Positions 51,986 through 63,629 are shown, numbered from the whole stretch's first letter. The stretch is DNA of 63,815 nt, filler included, from Octopus bimaculoides (GCF_001194135.2; 10 parts of 9 records of this genome joined end to end with filler, not necessarily neighbours in it); one strand, 5' to 3'. Notes: a model not told the origin generated them from the sequence alone. Made by a program: numbers and translations.

Positions 51986-52499
51986 CTTCACACACACACA
52001 CGCACGCACNNNNNNNNNNNNNNNNNNNNNNNNNNNNNNNNNNNNNNNNNNNNTTAATTAATTAANNNNNNNNNNNNNNNNNNNNNNNNNNNNNNNNNNN
52101 NNNNNNNNNGCATATTTTTAAGCACATGACTATTCCCTCTTCTACCATCGTCCCTCCCACCTTTCGTCCTTCTCACATATCCCCCTGACTACCTGCATGC
52201 AAACTGCTTCCTTCATATGCCTTGCACTTCTAGCTCCCACTGTGTTTTCAAAATCTTGTGACTCACCCACCTTCCTGCCCTCTCCAATCCCCAATCCGCT
52301 TCACTATAAACACCACCCTGTAACTTGGGTGTACAGGTCCTACCTCCCTCTCTGTCACATTTTCATCATCTTTTTCTCTGTTTTCTCTCCTTCATCAAAG
52401 GAAGACATGTCTCTCTTCTAATGAAAGATCCAGTTGAGGGGGTCTTATCCTTCAAGTTATTTGCTGGCCTCAATCTGCTGGTGCAATACATAAATCATC

Positions 52500-52670
52500 C
52501 AGTACACTTTGTAAAGTGGTTGACATTAGCAAGATCGTCCAACTACAGAGACCATGCCAAAACAGTCGGCAGAAGAATTTGGTGTAGTCTTCTGATTTGT
52601 TTGTTTCTATTAGACTGTCCTATACATACCAGCATGGAAACTGGATACTAAATGATGATGATGATGATAA
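52500..52670 (+). mobile_element. RTE-type 3' tail with (ATG)n end
   Basis: ...agactgtcc...ccagcatggaaactggatactaaatgatgatgatg; an antisense relative lies at 54905-55100. Confidence 0.45.
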
Positions 52671-54559
52671 TGACCGTGTTCCCACTCAGTACCACAGGCT
52701 TTTGAAGTAAACTTCTTAATCTCAATATTATACCTAAGTATTTTTATTCACATCTTCACTAAATTTCTAACTTGACCTTTTCCACTTGTACCATGTGTCA
52801 TCATCCAAAACCCTGTGCAGTATAATGCCTCAAGTCTCACTATAATTAAGGAAATACTTTGAAATAGCGTTCCAGTGCACTAATGATTCTTCTAATCCAC
52901 CAACCTCAGTTATTATAAGTGCAACTAATAATCACATCTGCTATCTGCCCAGGGCCTGAATTTTTAGTAGAGGGGGTTTAATCAATTACATCGATACCTG
53001 TGTTCATCTACAACTTATTTTATCAATCCCAAAAAGGTTGAAAGACAAATTGAAGCTCTTGAACTCCAAATATAAAGCTAGAAGCAATACTGTTAAGCAT
53101 TTTGTCTGGTGTGGTAACAGTTAAACTAGCTTACCATCTTATATACAACTAACAATTATAACTCTTTCTGATTTATGAATAGGAATAGGAATTTTTGATG
53201 GCAGGAGTTTAGTCTTTACCACTGGTTTCAGTACTTGAATGGTACTGTATTATACCAATCCCTGAATGGATAAAAGGTAAAGTTGACATTTTCTGGATTT
53301 CAACTCAGAGCATAAATGGCCTGAACACATAGTGAAAAGGATTTCTTCCAATGTTATAATGATTCTTATTGTAAGAATAATAATAATGATTTCTATTAAT
53401 TGCCACCAGTGTGGCAGTCAAGGTTGATGATACATACATAGACATATTGTATGGTGTGTTATATAGAATCAAATGAGTAAAAAGAAAAATATGAGAGCAC
53501 ATGGCATATATTTATAAAGAATGATATTGAGGACGATGATGATACAATCCTACTAATAAAGTAGTACTTTTAAGGCCTGTCAAGAAACCCCATGACCTAC
53601 AATCACTGCCTCCCTAAAAGCCTCCCAGTCCTCCTCCACATCTCCTACCTCCCATTTCTTCACCTATTCATATTCACCTCTCAGTTTCTCTACATACTCC
53701 TGCTCTTTCTCTCTCCTACCCAGTTCACTCATCTTCACAACCTCTCTCCTCCCTGTCACTCGTCGAACAACCCTGAGTTATATAAGCTGTTTATTAATGT
53801 CATTCTAAAAATCTATAGTGGGACAACAAATTTCTTCTACTTCTCAATGGTACCCTATTATTCATTAGCCAACATTCATAAACGCCGGGGAAGAGAGGCA
53901 TGATGCCCAAATTAAAAACAAGTTTGGTTCTTAGATCAAACTCCCCTTTTCTGCAGATTAAATGCTGGAGCTGGTATATTNNNNNNNNNNNNNNNNNNNN
54001 NNNNNNNNNNNNNNNNNNNNNNNNNNNNNNNNNNNNNNNNNNNNNNNNNNNNNNNNNNNNNNNNNNNNNNNNNNNNNNNNNNNNNNNNNNNNNNNNNNNN
54101 NNNNNNNNNNNNNNNNNNNNNNNNNNNNNNNNNNNNNNNNNNNNNNNNNNNNNNNNNNNNNNNNNNNNNNNNNNNNNNNNNNNNNNNNNNNNNNNNNNNN
54201 NNNNNNNNNNNNNNNNNNNNNNNNNNNNNNNNNNNNNNNNNNNNNNNNNNNNNNNNNNNNNNNNNNNNNNNNNNNNNNNNNNNNNNNNNNNNNNNNNNNN
54301 NNNNNNNNNNNNNNNNNNNNNNNNNNNNNNNNNNNNNNNNNNNNNNNNNNNNNNNNNNNNNNNNNNNNNNNNNNNNNNNNNNNNNNNNNNNNNNNNNNNN
54401 NNNNNNNNNNNNNNNNNNNNNNNNNNNNNNNNNNNNNNNNCAGCATCTCTCTGTGACCCATGTCCTACTAAGTATCTTTTATTCTATATATATATCTCCC
54501 CATTCTCTCCCACCTCATACATATGCAGCATTGGTAAACATCACAGTTTTCAATTACAG

Positions 54560-54730
54560 ATTATGCGCAAATAAAATGTGGAACTCCAGAAGATGTTGAT
54601 AATGCATTGAAGTCATATAAAACCACCACCTATAAATCTGAAGTGACCTATACTTGCCCAAAGGGAGAAAAACTAAAGTCAACATGTGGAAAGGACAACA
54701 AATGGACTCCAGTAGCTTCTGCTTGTAAAG
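54560..54730 (+). CDS. Coding exon, Sushi/CCP domain
   Basis: Acceptor ttttcaattacAG, donor AG|GTAATG, 171 nt, phase 1-1; xYAQIKCGTPEDVDNALKSYKTTTYKSEVTYTCPKGEKLKSTCGKDNKWTPVASACK shows the C..P, V.Y.C, C....W, C pattern. Confidence 0.88.
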
Positions 54731-55387
54731 GTAATGTAAATATTTTCTCTCCTGTTGTCTTGGTCTGTCTATGAATATTTGATTTTTGCATTAAATTTTT
54801 TTGTTAGAAAAAGATTGGCTAAAAAGATTGGTTAGAAAAAGATTGGCAAAGAAATGCACATTAAGTGTACTTGTCCTCCTCCCCTCCCCATCCCCATCCT
54901 CCTCTCCTCATCATCTAATGCTCATTTTCCAAGCTAACCTGGGTTGGACAGTCACAGGATTGCATGAGACTCAGATGTCACCTTTGGCATGGTTTCTGTT
55001 GCTTGATGCACTTTCTAGCACCAACCACTTTACAGTGTGTACTGGGTGGTGCTTTTTTTCATGAAACTGGCATTAGTGAGGTCAGTAAACAACTTGAAAG
55101 ACAAAGTAAAGTGAGGAATAGGAACAGCTTCTCCACTATGTGGATCTGTACTTGAGGGAGCAGGAATAGCATTATGTTAGGTGGTCTAGGCAAAAGTGTG
55201 ACAAAGGGGCAAGTACAAGTATCTTTCTATAGAGGAAATACATGGCCACCCCAGTTTTGCAAGGGTGGAGAGAAAAATGTGGATAAATTAATTATCTCCT
55301 GCCTCAAACTTTTGGCATTCTTTGTATGTCAGAAATTTATAGTGTTGTTGTTATTTTTCATTCTTCTCAATTATATTTACACTCTAG

Positions 55388-55624
55388 ATATTCAAATCCA
55401 TTTTGTGAAAGTAAAAAATGCAGCTCTGGATGTAACTGAGAAAACATTATGGAGTAAGAAAAAAGTAACAGCAGATGCATGTGCTGAAAAATGTTTATCT
55501 GACAAAAGTTGTGTATCATTTGAAATGACAAAAGCAAGTGGACTCTGTTACTTATTAAAAAAAACTGCAACTTCCTCAAAAATAAAAACAGACCAAAGCA
55601 GAGATTACTACCAACGAGTAAAAT
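55388..55624 (+). CDS. Coding exon, PAN/Apple domain
   Basis: Acceptor tttacactctAG, donor GTAATT, 237 nt, phase 1-1, in frame with the Sushi exon; CAEKCLSDKSCVSFEM...GLCYL...DYYQR is the PAN core pattern. Confidence 0.88.
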
Positions 55625-55752
55625 GTAATTATTTCTTTGTATTTTATTATTGNNNNNNNNNNNNNNNNNNNNNNNNNNNNNNNNNNNNNNNNNNNNTTAA
55701 TTAATTAANNNNNNNNNNNNNNNNNNNNNNNNNNNNNNNNNNNNNNNNNNNN

Positions 55753-55796
<44 letters not shown>

Positions 55797-55935
55797 GTGT
55801 GTGTGTGTGTGTGTGTATACGACGGGCTTCTTTCAGTTTCCACCTACCAAATCCACTCACAAGGGTTTGGTCGGTGCGAGAGTATAGTAGAAGACACTTG
55901 CCCACAGTTCCACACAGTGGGACTGAACCCAGAAC
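55753..55935 (-). mobile_element. SINE family A, 5' half
   Basis: Reverse complement of the 33297 head. Confidence 0.75.
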
Positions 55936-56988
55936 CAGTAAAAAAAAATCCATCATTGCTTATCACAACTAAGGATACACGAGTCTTAATATATTTTAAT
56001 AATTGCCTAAATCCATCATAAGGTAAGTCATAATACCACAAAATCAATTAAATAAGAATGTAACTATGGAGGGTAATACCAATGTCTATTTTCCCTTTTT
56101 TTCTCCTCTTTTATTTATTTATTCAGTTATTCGTTCATTCATTTATGCTGTTGCATAGCACTTCAACGTGGTTTGCAGTTTTATGCGTAACCGGTTCGAC
56201 GGATTGTAAAGAATGATTGATCGTGCAGGGCCGAGAACCAGTTTGATTGATGATGTTCAATGAAACCCAGGAGATTACATACAACTGTTGCAATACATCC
56301 AACAGTATCGCTCTTGTTTTATCATCTGCAACAATTATGACCAAAACTACAACCCACGGGACTTACTGGATGGCACGCCAACGCAAAACTACCTTCAAAT
56401 ACTTTTTACTATTATTTTTTTTTTTTTTAGTAGTGCGGCTCGTCAGAAGAACTATGCCTCATGTGGATTGCTTCTCGATCTACTGCAGGCAGAAAACATC
56501 GCCTGATCTACTACTGCAAACAGAAAACATCTTTTAGAACCGATTTTGTTACCTTAAAAAAGAAAAAAAAAAGCCCCAGTTCTCACAAAAATAGTCAAGA
56601 TTGTATTTACGTCAGACAACTATATTCTCATCAATTTCAGCAGTGTTATTGACACCGCTGATTTTTAGTGGATTTTCCATTAAATGCTCTGCAAATACAT
56701 CTCAGCAGTAGTTCTTCCAGTTCAATACTGCATCTGATAATAGTTGATACTCAAATGCTATCGTGTTCATGCTCTCCGTGTTATGCGTCCAATGAGAGAT
56801 AGGAAACGCCAAGTGATGTGATATTGTGGACACGGAACCAAGAGAGATTACACTTCATGTTGATATCAACGTACTGGGAACATTACAGAAAATATAACAT
56901 GTTAATATCAGCATACGGGAAATATAACGATGTGATACAAAGTGCTTGTCGTGCAGATCTTTGTTAGCGCACTGTCTATCTACACATA

Positions 56989-57033
<45 letters not shown>

Positions 57034-57137
57034 GTACACGATTGGAACAAGGCTCTTGTCGTTTTACAGTTAGTAGTGTCTAAACACTTTATTTCGTTTC
57101 TCACGAGAACCAACCATATGGCATATATATATTCTGA

Positions 57138-57480
57138 TGAAGGCACATAGCTCAGTGGTTAAAGCATCGGGTTCACAATCATAAGGTAGGAAGTTCGATT
57201 CCTTCACCAGACTGAGTGTTGTGTTCTTGAGCAAGATACTATTTCATGTTGCTCCAGTTCACTCAGCTGTAGAAATGAGTTGCGACGTCACTGGTGCCAA
57301 GCTGTATCAGCCCCTTTGCCTTTCTCTTGGATAACACTGGTGGTGTGGAGAGGGGAGGCTGGTATGCATGGGTGACTGCTGGTCTTCCATAAAACAACCT
57401 TGCCCGGACTTGTGCCTTAGAAGGCAACTTTCTAGGTACAATCCCATGGTCATTCATGACCGAAGAGGTTTTTTTACCCT
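57138..57480 (+). mobile_element. Full-length tRNA-derived CORE-type SINE (family E)
   Basis: A box tagctcagtgg, B box agttcgattcc, CORE-like ttgagcaag...ctcagctgtagaaatg segment. Confidence 0.75.
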
Positions 57481-57559
57481 TCATATATTTTCTAAAAGGT
57501 GGCATTTCAACACGTCTTTCTATATGATTACTGTGTGGGTAGGTTATTTCTGCTGTTAA

Positions 57560-58130
57560 AAGTGAAACTGGGGGAAAATGAGATACATTTCCGTCATTTC
57601 ATTTCTTTTTATTTCCGGAAAGGTAAAAGACATAGTGCAAAAAAGACATGGTGCAAAAATGAAACGTGCACTTTATGAAAATGATACCCTAGCGGAGATG
57701 ACTGTTCGCAAGTGGTTCGCGACGTTTGGGATTGAAAAATTTGATCTGAAAGACAGGAAACTTTGCGGCAGCCCTACAATCATTATTGATGACAAAATTG
57801 ATATGCTAATAAAAAATAATCCTGTTCACACGATACGAGACATCAAAGAGATACTCTGTATATCTCATGTGAAAGTTGTAAGGCATTTTTAAATGTTTGA
57901 ATGTGTGAATAGCTTTGATGTTTGTCTCATAATTTAATGGAAAAAAAATTAATGGGTCGCATTTCTGGCTGGGATTCTTTATTCAAGCGCAACAAAAAGG
58001 ACCCATTTTTGAAAAGAAGCTACTTCAAAGATGGTGAAAGGTAGGGGAACAAAATGTGGTTGAATAAAGGATATCCAAAGATCTAAGCATTGCTTTTGAA
58101 TGTTACTTAAAAACCGGTACGAACGTTTTG
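57560..58130 (+). mobile_element. Second mariner remnant (N-terminal transposase region)
   Basis: TVRKWFATF...FDLKD...G.P....DDKI..LIKNNP..TIRDI HTH region; mariner-like 3' end aaaaccggtacgaac abuts the LINE. Confidence 0.65.
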
Positions 58131-58158
58131 TATGCATGCGAGTATATGTCTTTCTATG

Positions 58159-60320
58159 TTTTAATTATTATAAATCTTCCACTGAGGAGAGAATCGGTTT
58201 CCAACAAAAATACAAGGCTCTGTCTCTGGGATGTAGTTAACACAAACAAATTCACATTTGGAACTTGAAAAAAGTCTTGTATATTTTTACTGTTCCACTC
58301 ACAGACTGTACTTGTAATGTACGAATCAGTCAGTCAATTTCTCTTTTTGAAAATCCCAGTTTATCTAGATTCTCCTTTAAGCATTTACTAACAAAACCTA
58401 GTGCTCCAATTATTATTGGTATGAATACGAATTCATAGTCTGGATATAGAAGCTGGAGGTTTCGAAGCAGTTGTCCATAGATATCCTCTTTTTCTTTGAT
58501 TTTCAAAGAGATATTTATATCTGCTGAACAGCTAACTTCTATGATGGTACATACCTTTGTTCCTCTGTCCCAAACAACAATATCCGGCCTGTTATGTTTA
58601 CATTTGACAGAAGTTTTGATGGGAATATTCCACCAGTATTCCTTGAATTGGTGTTTATGAATGTATTCTATAGCGGATGGATTTTCTGAGTTTATTTCAG
58701 GACAGTCTTTTTTGCGGATAGCATTGTAAATTGGTTTAGCGACAACATCGTGCCGCATAGGAAGGTAGTACCGTGACGATATTCTAAGACAGCTGCTAGT
58801 CACATGCATGATGTCTTTCACAAGGAAACATGACATAGCCTACACATGCGGTTGCACCTTGTGATTACTAGAGCGCCACTGTCTCTCTTGTTCACCAGGT
58901 ACTTTGTGGCAACCTCCTGGTCCTGGATTGCAAACACAAAACTTTCAAAGTGTAATGAGATGTAATGGTCTTGTGTCCAAGATAGGCTGCGCATCGTATC
59001 AGCAACATCGTTGATAACTTTAAACATTAGATCAGTCGGATTTTTTCTCACTCTTGTTGGGAATGGTCTGTTGCTCAACGAAAGCTTCGAGAAAGTAGCA
59101 AAATTCTTTGCGAATTATAATTTTTAAATGTTTTTTGAGTTGGATGTATTCTGGAGTCTTCGCCACTGAGTCAGCTAAATTTGAAGACACACTCGAATTT
59201 AGCGATGGCGGGAGCGGTGGATTGTTTACATTATTTTTTACGCCACTTCTGTCAGATTTTAGCCCATTCTCAGTGTTTTCGGAGGATCGAGGACCAGTTG
59301 ATTTGTTTTTTGTTTTTTTACAAAAGATGTTTGTTGTCGGAGCTGTTTCGCCGTGAAGGTTTTTAAGTTGGGATGAGCTTCGTCCCAGTATTGTTTTAAC
59401 CGCTTCATTTATCCGATTGAAGCGTCATCGCGGGCAATTTTCAAAGCACCGAAATAAATCTTGGTTTATAAAATGAGAAGAGTACTTATGTCTTCTTGAA
59501 TAACTTACTGGTGAAGTAGTTCTGTTTTCATCAGTGGTGGCGTTGTTAGTTTCATCTGGTGTGGTGTTAGTTTCAGCCATAACCGTGTTAGCGAAACTCC
59601 ATATGGTGCAGATGTATATTTTAATATCTGTTCAGGATAATGCTACGTTGGTGAGTAAAAGGTGTTTCCGATTTAGGCTGGAGAAGTCGGCATATTTCTA
59701 GAGGAAGGTGTTCAAAACGGACTTTTATAAACATCTGTACGCGAACTTTTTTCCCAGGCGTGTTCCGGACCCCAGTAATGAACTAATTTGCATACAACCA
59801 ATCAGAGCTCACCTTGACCTTGTTGTCAAGTTAACAAACACACTCTCCCAAGTAAACTCAAGACGAAGAACGGTGTTGCAAGTCGACCAATCACCAAGTT
59901 ATGCCTGATTTTAGAAGGAGACGAGTAATTAGAAAAATTTGCATCTATGCCTATTATCAGATTGTGTTAGGGCCCCGTATGGTAAAGATGTGGATGGGGA
60001 AAATGTAGGTAGAGGATGATGTGCTAGCAACCCTCTCCCTTACTGTTTTACAAAGTAAACAACAACACAAATAGCTATGCAGTGACAGCCATGGTTGAAA
60101 CAAGAACAAGAACAACAAACATTATCAAGAGAGAAAAGAAGCATGGTCATTCCTTACCTTAGTGACCTTATTTTATCGCCCATGACTTGTTATGCGCTCA
60201 TAAATTAGTTTGATAGTTGAGCTGTGATTGGCTGTATGCAAATGAGTTCATAACAGGGGTCCGGAACTTTCGTGACAAAAAATATTTCGCCACCTGCACG
60301 TTCGATGTTGACGGCGCCAT
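58159..60320 (-). mobile_element. R4/Dong-like element lacking the RT domain, with a nested TIR element in its 5' UTR
   Basis: 5' UTR, N-terminal coding region, then FAIQDQEVATKY, CNRMCRLC...HVTSSC knuckle and RPDIVVWD...EVSCSAD...EKEDIY endonuclease; no RT motifs; 3' kb close to 25308-25923. Confidence 0.85.
59741..60290. mobile_element. 550-bp TIR element (MITE), superfamily undetermined
   Basis: 50-bp arms gttccggacccc...ccaatcagagctca match at about 45/50; absent from the homologous UTR at 26410-26609. Confidence 0.85.
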
Positions 60321-61029
60321 TATGCATGCATTATGCATGCATGCATGTATGTATGTATGTATGTATGTATGTATGTATGTATGTATGTATGTATGAATGT
60401 TTTTATNNNNNNNNNNNNNNNNNNNNNNNNNNNNNNNNNNNNNNNNNNNNNNNNNNNNNNNNNNNNNNNNNNNNNNNNNNNNNNNNNNNNTGTGAGCGTG
60501 CGTGTATATATGTATGTGTACGTACGTGTTGGGGGTGTGTACATGTGTATGTATGCATGTATATATGTACGTATGTATGTATGTATGTATGTATATATGC
60601 GTATGTGTGGGCGTGCATGTATATATCTATGTCTACATGTGTGCGTGCGTGTATGTATGCGTATATGTATGCACGTGTGTATGTATGCATGTATGCATGT
60701 ACGTAAGTACGTATGTACGTATGTATGTATGTATGTATGTATGTATGTATGTATGTATGTATGTATGTAGCTTGGTACGCATGCATGTCAGCTGCCCTGT
60801 TCTTGATCAATGTACATCATTTCATGTTGGTCTGGTTTATTAAAATTGAAAATTATTACCAACCGAGTGCTGGTGCATCCCTCCCCGCCTTCTGAATCTA
60901 ATGTGTGAGAGAGCCCTGAGAGTATCGACGTCATATCTTGATACACTTAAATAATTAGCGAAAGCTACAAGCTACCAAGATCACTCTCACTTGTGAGCGG
61001 GGGCTAAAGTTTATATATATATATATCCC

Positions 61030-61450
61030 TCACGATGAGAGGGATAACTTCCCTTGGCAAAACAAACAGAACACAGAAGTGTGTTGATAAGCCAGCTGGA
61101 GGAGATGTCCTCCTGGGGGTAAAAGCAACAGTAACATCCACCCCTAGGGGTCAGCCACATTTAAGTGGCAATATACTTCACTTTATCGTGCAGTTACTGT
61201 TAATACCTAATTTAGAGAATTAACATTGCTTGTTTTCACTTTTTCGATATCAATGAATAATTTCACTGCAAAAAGATACATAAGGTTGCCAAGAATTTAT
61301 CTCTCTCATCGCAGATCGGTGGCTATCGGACGCTGACGAAGAGAAATAACCCTGAAACCCGGGTCCGTTCGTGCTACAGATCACGATGAGAGGGATAACT
61401 TCCCTTGGCAAAACAAACAGAACACAGAAGTGTGTTGATAAGCCAGCTGG
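61030..61450 (+). mobile_element. 351-bp head-to-tail repeat carrying a hammerhead ribozyme (retrozyme-like or Penelope-derived)
   Basis: 61030-61099 is identical to 61381-61450 (second copy cut by a gap); one hammerhead per unit. Confidence 0.65.
61327..61371 (+). ncRNA. Minimal type I hammerhead ribozyme with GUC site
   Basis: Stem I CGGACG/CGTTCG (6 pairs), CTGACGA, stem II AGAG/CCCT (3/4), GAAA, palindromic stem III CCCGGG, predicted cleavage after C61365. Confidence 0.85.
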
Positions 61451-61550
61451 NNNNNNNNNNNNNNNNNNNNNNNNNNNNNNNNNNNNNNNNNNNNTTAATT
61501 AATTAANNNNNNNNNNNNNNNNNNNNNNNNNNNNNNNNNNNNNNNNNNNN

Positions 61551-61610
<60 letters not shown>

Positions 61611-61950
61611 CACAGACGTACGCATACGCATACATACATACACAATATACACACATTTGTATGTATGTGTGTGTGTCTGTATGTATATATGCTAGAAGGA
61701 TTCGAATATGTGGTCTTTGTTTCAATATATAATTACTCAGTAAATTTTACAATTCTTTATAAATTTCACTTTGTATGTATTATTTCCTCATTTAAATATA
61801 ACATCTACATGCATACAATTGATAGCTGAATTATGCAGACGTGTTTCATTGGGATACAGCTTGAATTATAATCTCTTCTATGTGTGTGTTCGTGTGTATT
61901 ATATGTGTGTGTGCGTGTGTATTGTGTCTGTATGTATATTTGTGTGTGTG

Positions 61951-61998
<48 letters not shown>

Positions 61999-62629
61999 GT
62001 GCGTTCGTGTGTACTATGTAAATATGGTTTAGAATTAGAGCAAGAAATGTTTCCTCTGTTAATTGTAGATGCATATTTACATAGACATTAGTCAAGATGT
62101 ACTTGGCATGTGTGTTACTACAAGTTATTCAGGTGGATATTTCCGTTTATTTATCGTTACCGTAAGTTAAAACAAACTGTAGGAAGTGAAGAAAACCAAT
62201 AATCGTTTCTCTATTTAAATAAGTGCTCGATTTCTATTCACTTCATCTGTTTCTATTCACAATATTATAGTACAAATAATATTTCCATTTATTTACCGCT
62301 GCAAAACAAACTGCATAAATCTACACCAATGTTCCCCAGATCGTCTAAGCGTAGCGATAAAATGGGTTTTTAAGAAGATTTTCATTAAAATTATCTTTGA
62401 ATAGCATCTATTTCATCCCTTTTCTCTAATTTATGCATCTATCAACGTGTGTGGGTGTGTACGTGTAATATACATACATATATACATACATTTATATATA
62501 TANNNNNNNNNNNNNNNNNNNNNNNNNNNNNNNNNNNNNNNNNNNNNNNNNNNNNNNNNNNNNNNNNNNNNNNNNNNNNNNNNNNNNNNNNNNNNNTATG
62601 TGTGTGTGGGGGGGGATATTCGAAAAAAC

Positions 62630-62960
62630 AACAACAGACGAGGACAGGTGGTGTAAATAACAAAAGGATGTATTAGTATGACGCTCGAGAATACGGAAAG
62701 TCTTTGACGTTTCGAGCTACGCTCTTCAACAGAAAGAATACGGAGACAAGGAGAAAAACACGGAGAAAAATGCCCTATATACAGTTAAAATTTATAGAAA
62801 AAAACAAGACGAAGACAGGTGTATGAACAACAAGCAAGTGTATTAGTTTGACGCTCTGGAAAAATGAAAGATCTTTCACGTTTCGATCCTACGCTCTTCA
62901 ACGGCAAGGAATAAGAAGAAATAAACAGAGAGAGAATGGAAGAAAAAACGTGTGAACATT
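62630..62960 (-). mobile_element. Two tandem Penelope-like terminal repeat copies
   Basis: ~170-bp diverged direct repeat, each with TTGAAGAG-cgtag..-CGAAACGT on the minus strand. Confidence 0.5.
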
Positions 62961-63109
62961 TGTTACTTTTCAGGAGAGTTAATACTTTCATCTCGTATAG
63001 AGATTTTAGAGAAGAGGCTATTTTGCTGGATGTATGACCAGCGGCTGTGTGTGGTTTATTTATTTATATATTGCAAACTAGAATGAATGACTGCCATGTC
63101 TTCCAGACA

Positions 63110-63370
63110 GTTATAACCAGTACCGACGATAGGTTATACCCAGAAACCAGCTCGTGTATTAGTTCTTGTCAGCGCTAGATGGGTGTTGTTCGCTCCTCTT
63201 TGCAATATAACGGTCGCAATATGATGTGTCGTTAACCAGCTGGAGAAGATGTCCTCCTGGGACTATAAAGAGTAGTAGCAGTGTTCTGTATGGAACAACC
63301 AAGTTGAGGTGGTAACAACCGTTACTTTTCAGTAGAGTTACTACTTGCATCTCGTATTGAGATTTTAGAA
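63110..63370 (+). mobile_element. Diverged member of the 351-bp hammerhead repeat family
   Basis: CCGACGA-taggttataccca-GAAA-ccagctc followed about 80 nt later by ccagctggagaagatgtcctcctggg, as in the 61-kb unit. Confidence 0.6.
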
Positions 63371-63592
63371 CTAGCAACTTCGCTAGATACATAAATACAT
63401 ACACACATATAAACGAAAATGGGATAACAAAGGTATAAATGATTGTCATATGAACTTCGAAGTTCATATGATAACTGTTTATTCTTTTGACATCTCACTT
63501 TTTTCTTATTACTGTTTTATACTCGACCAACGCTTCGTTCTAAAGTATATAGATATAGTACTACACAGGGTTATTGGTTTCGAAATACTTAA

Positions 63593-63629
<37 letters not shown>

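Noticed and set aside
52197-52421. ORF beginning MQTASFICLALLAPTVFS resembling a signal peptide
   Set aside because: Sits in pyrimidine-rich repeat-like sequence with no usable donor linking it to the Sushi exon.
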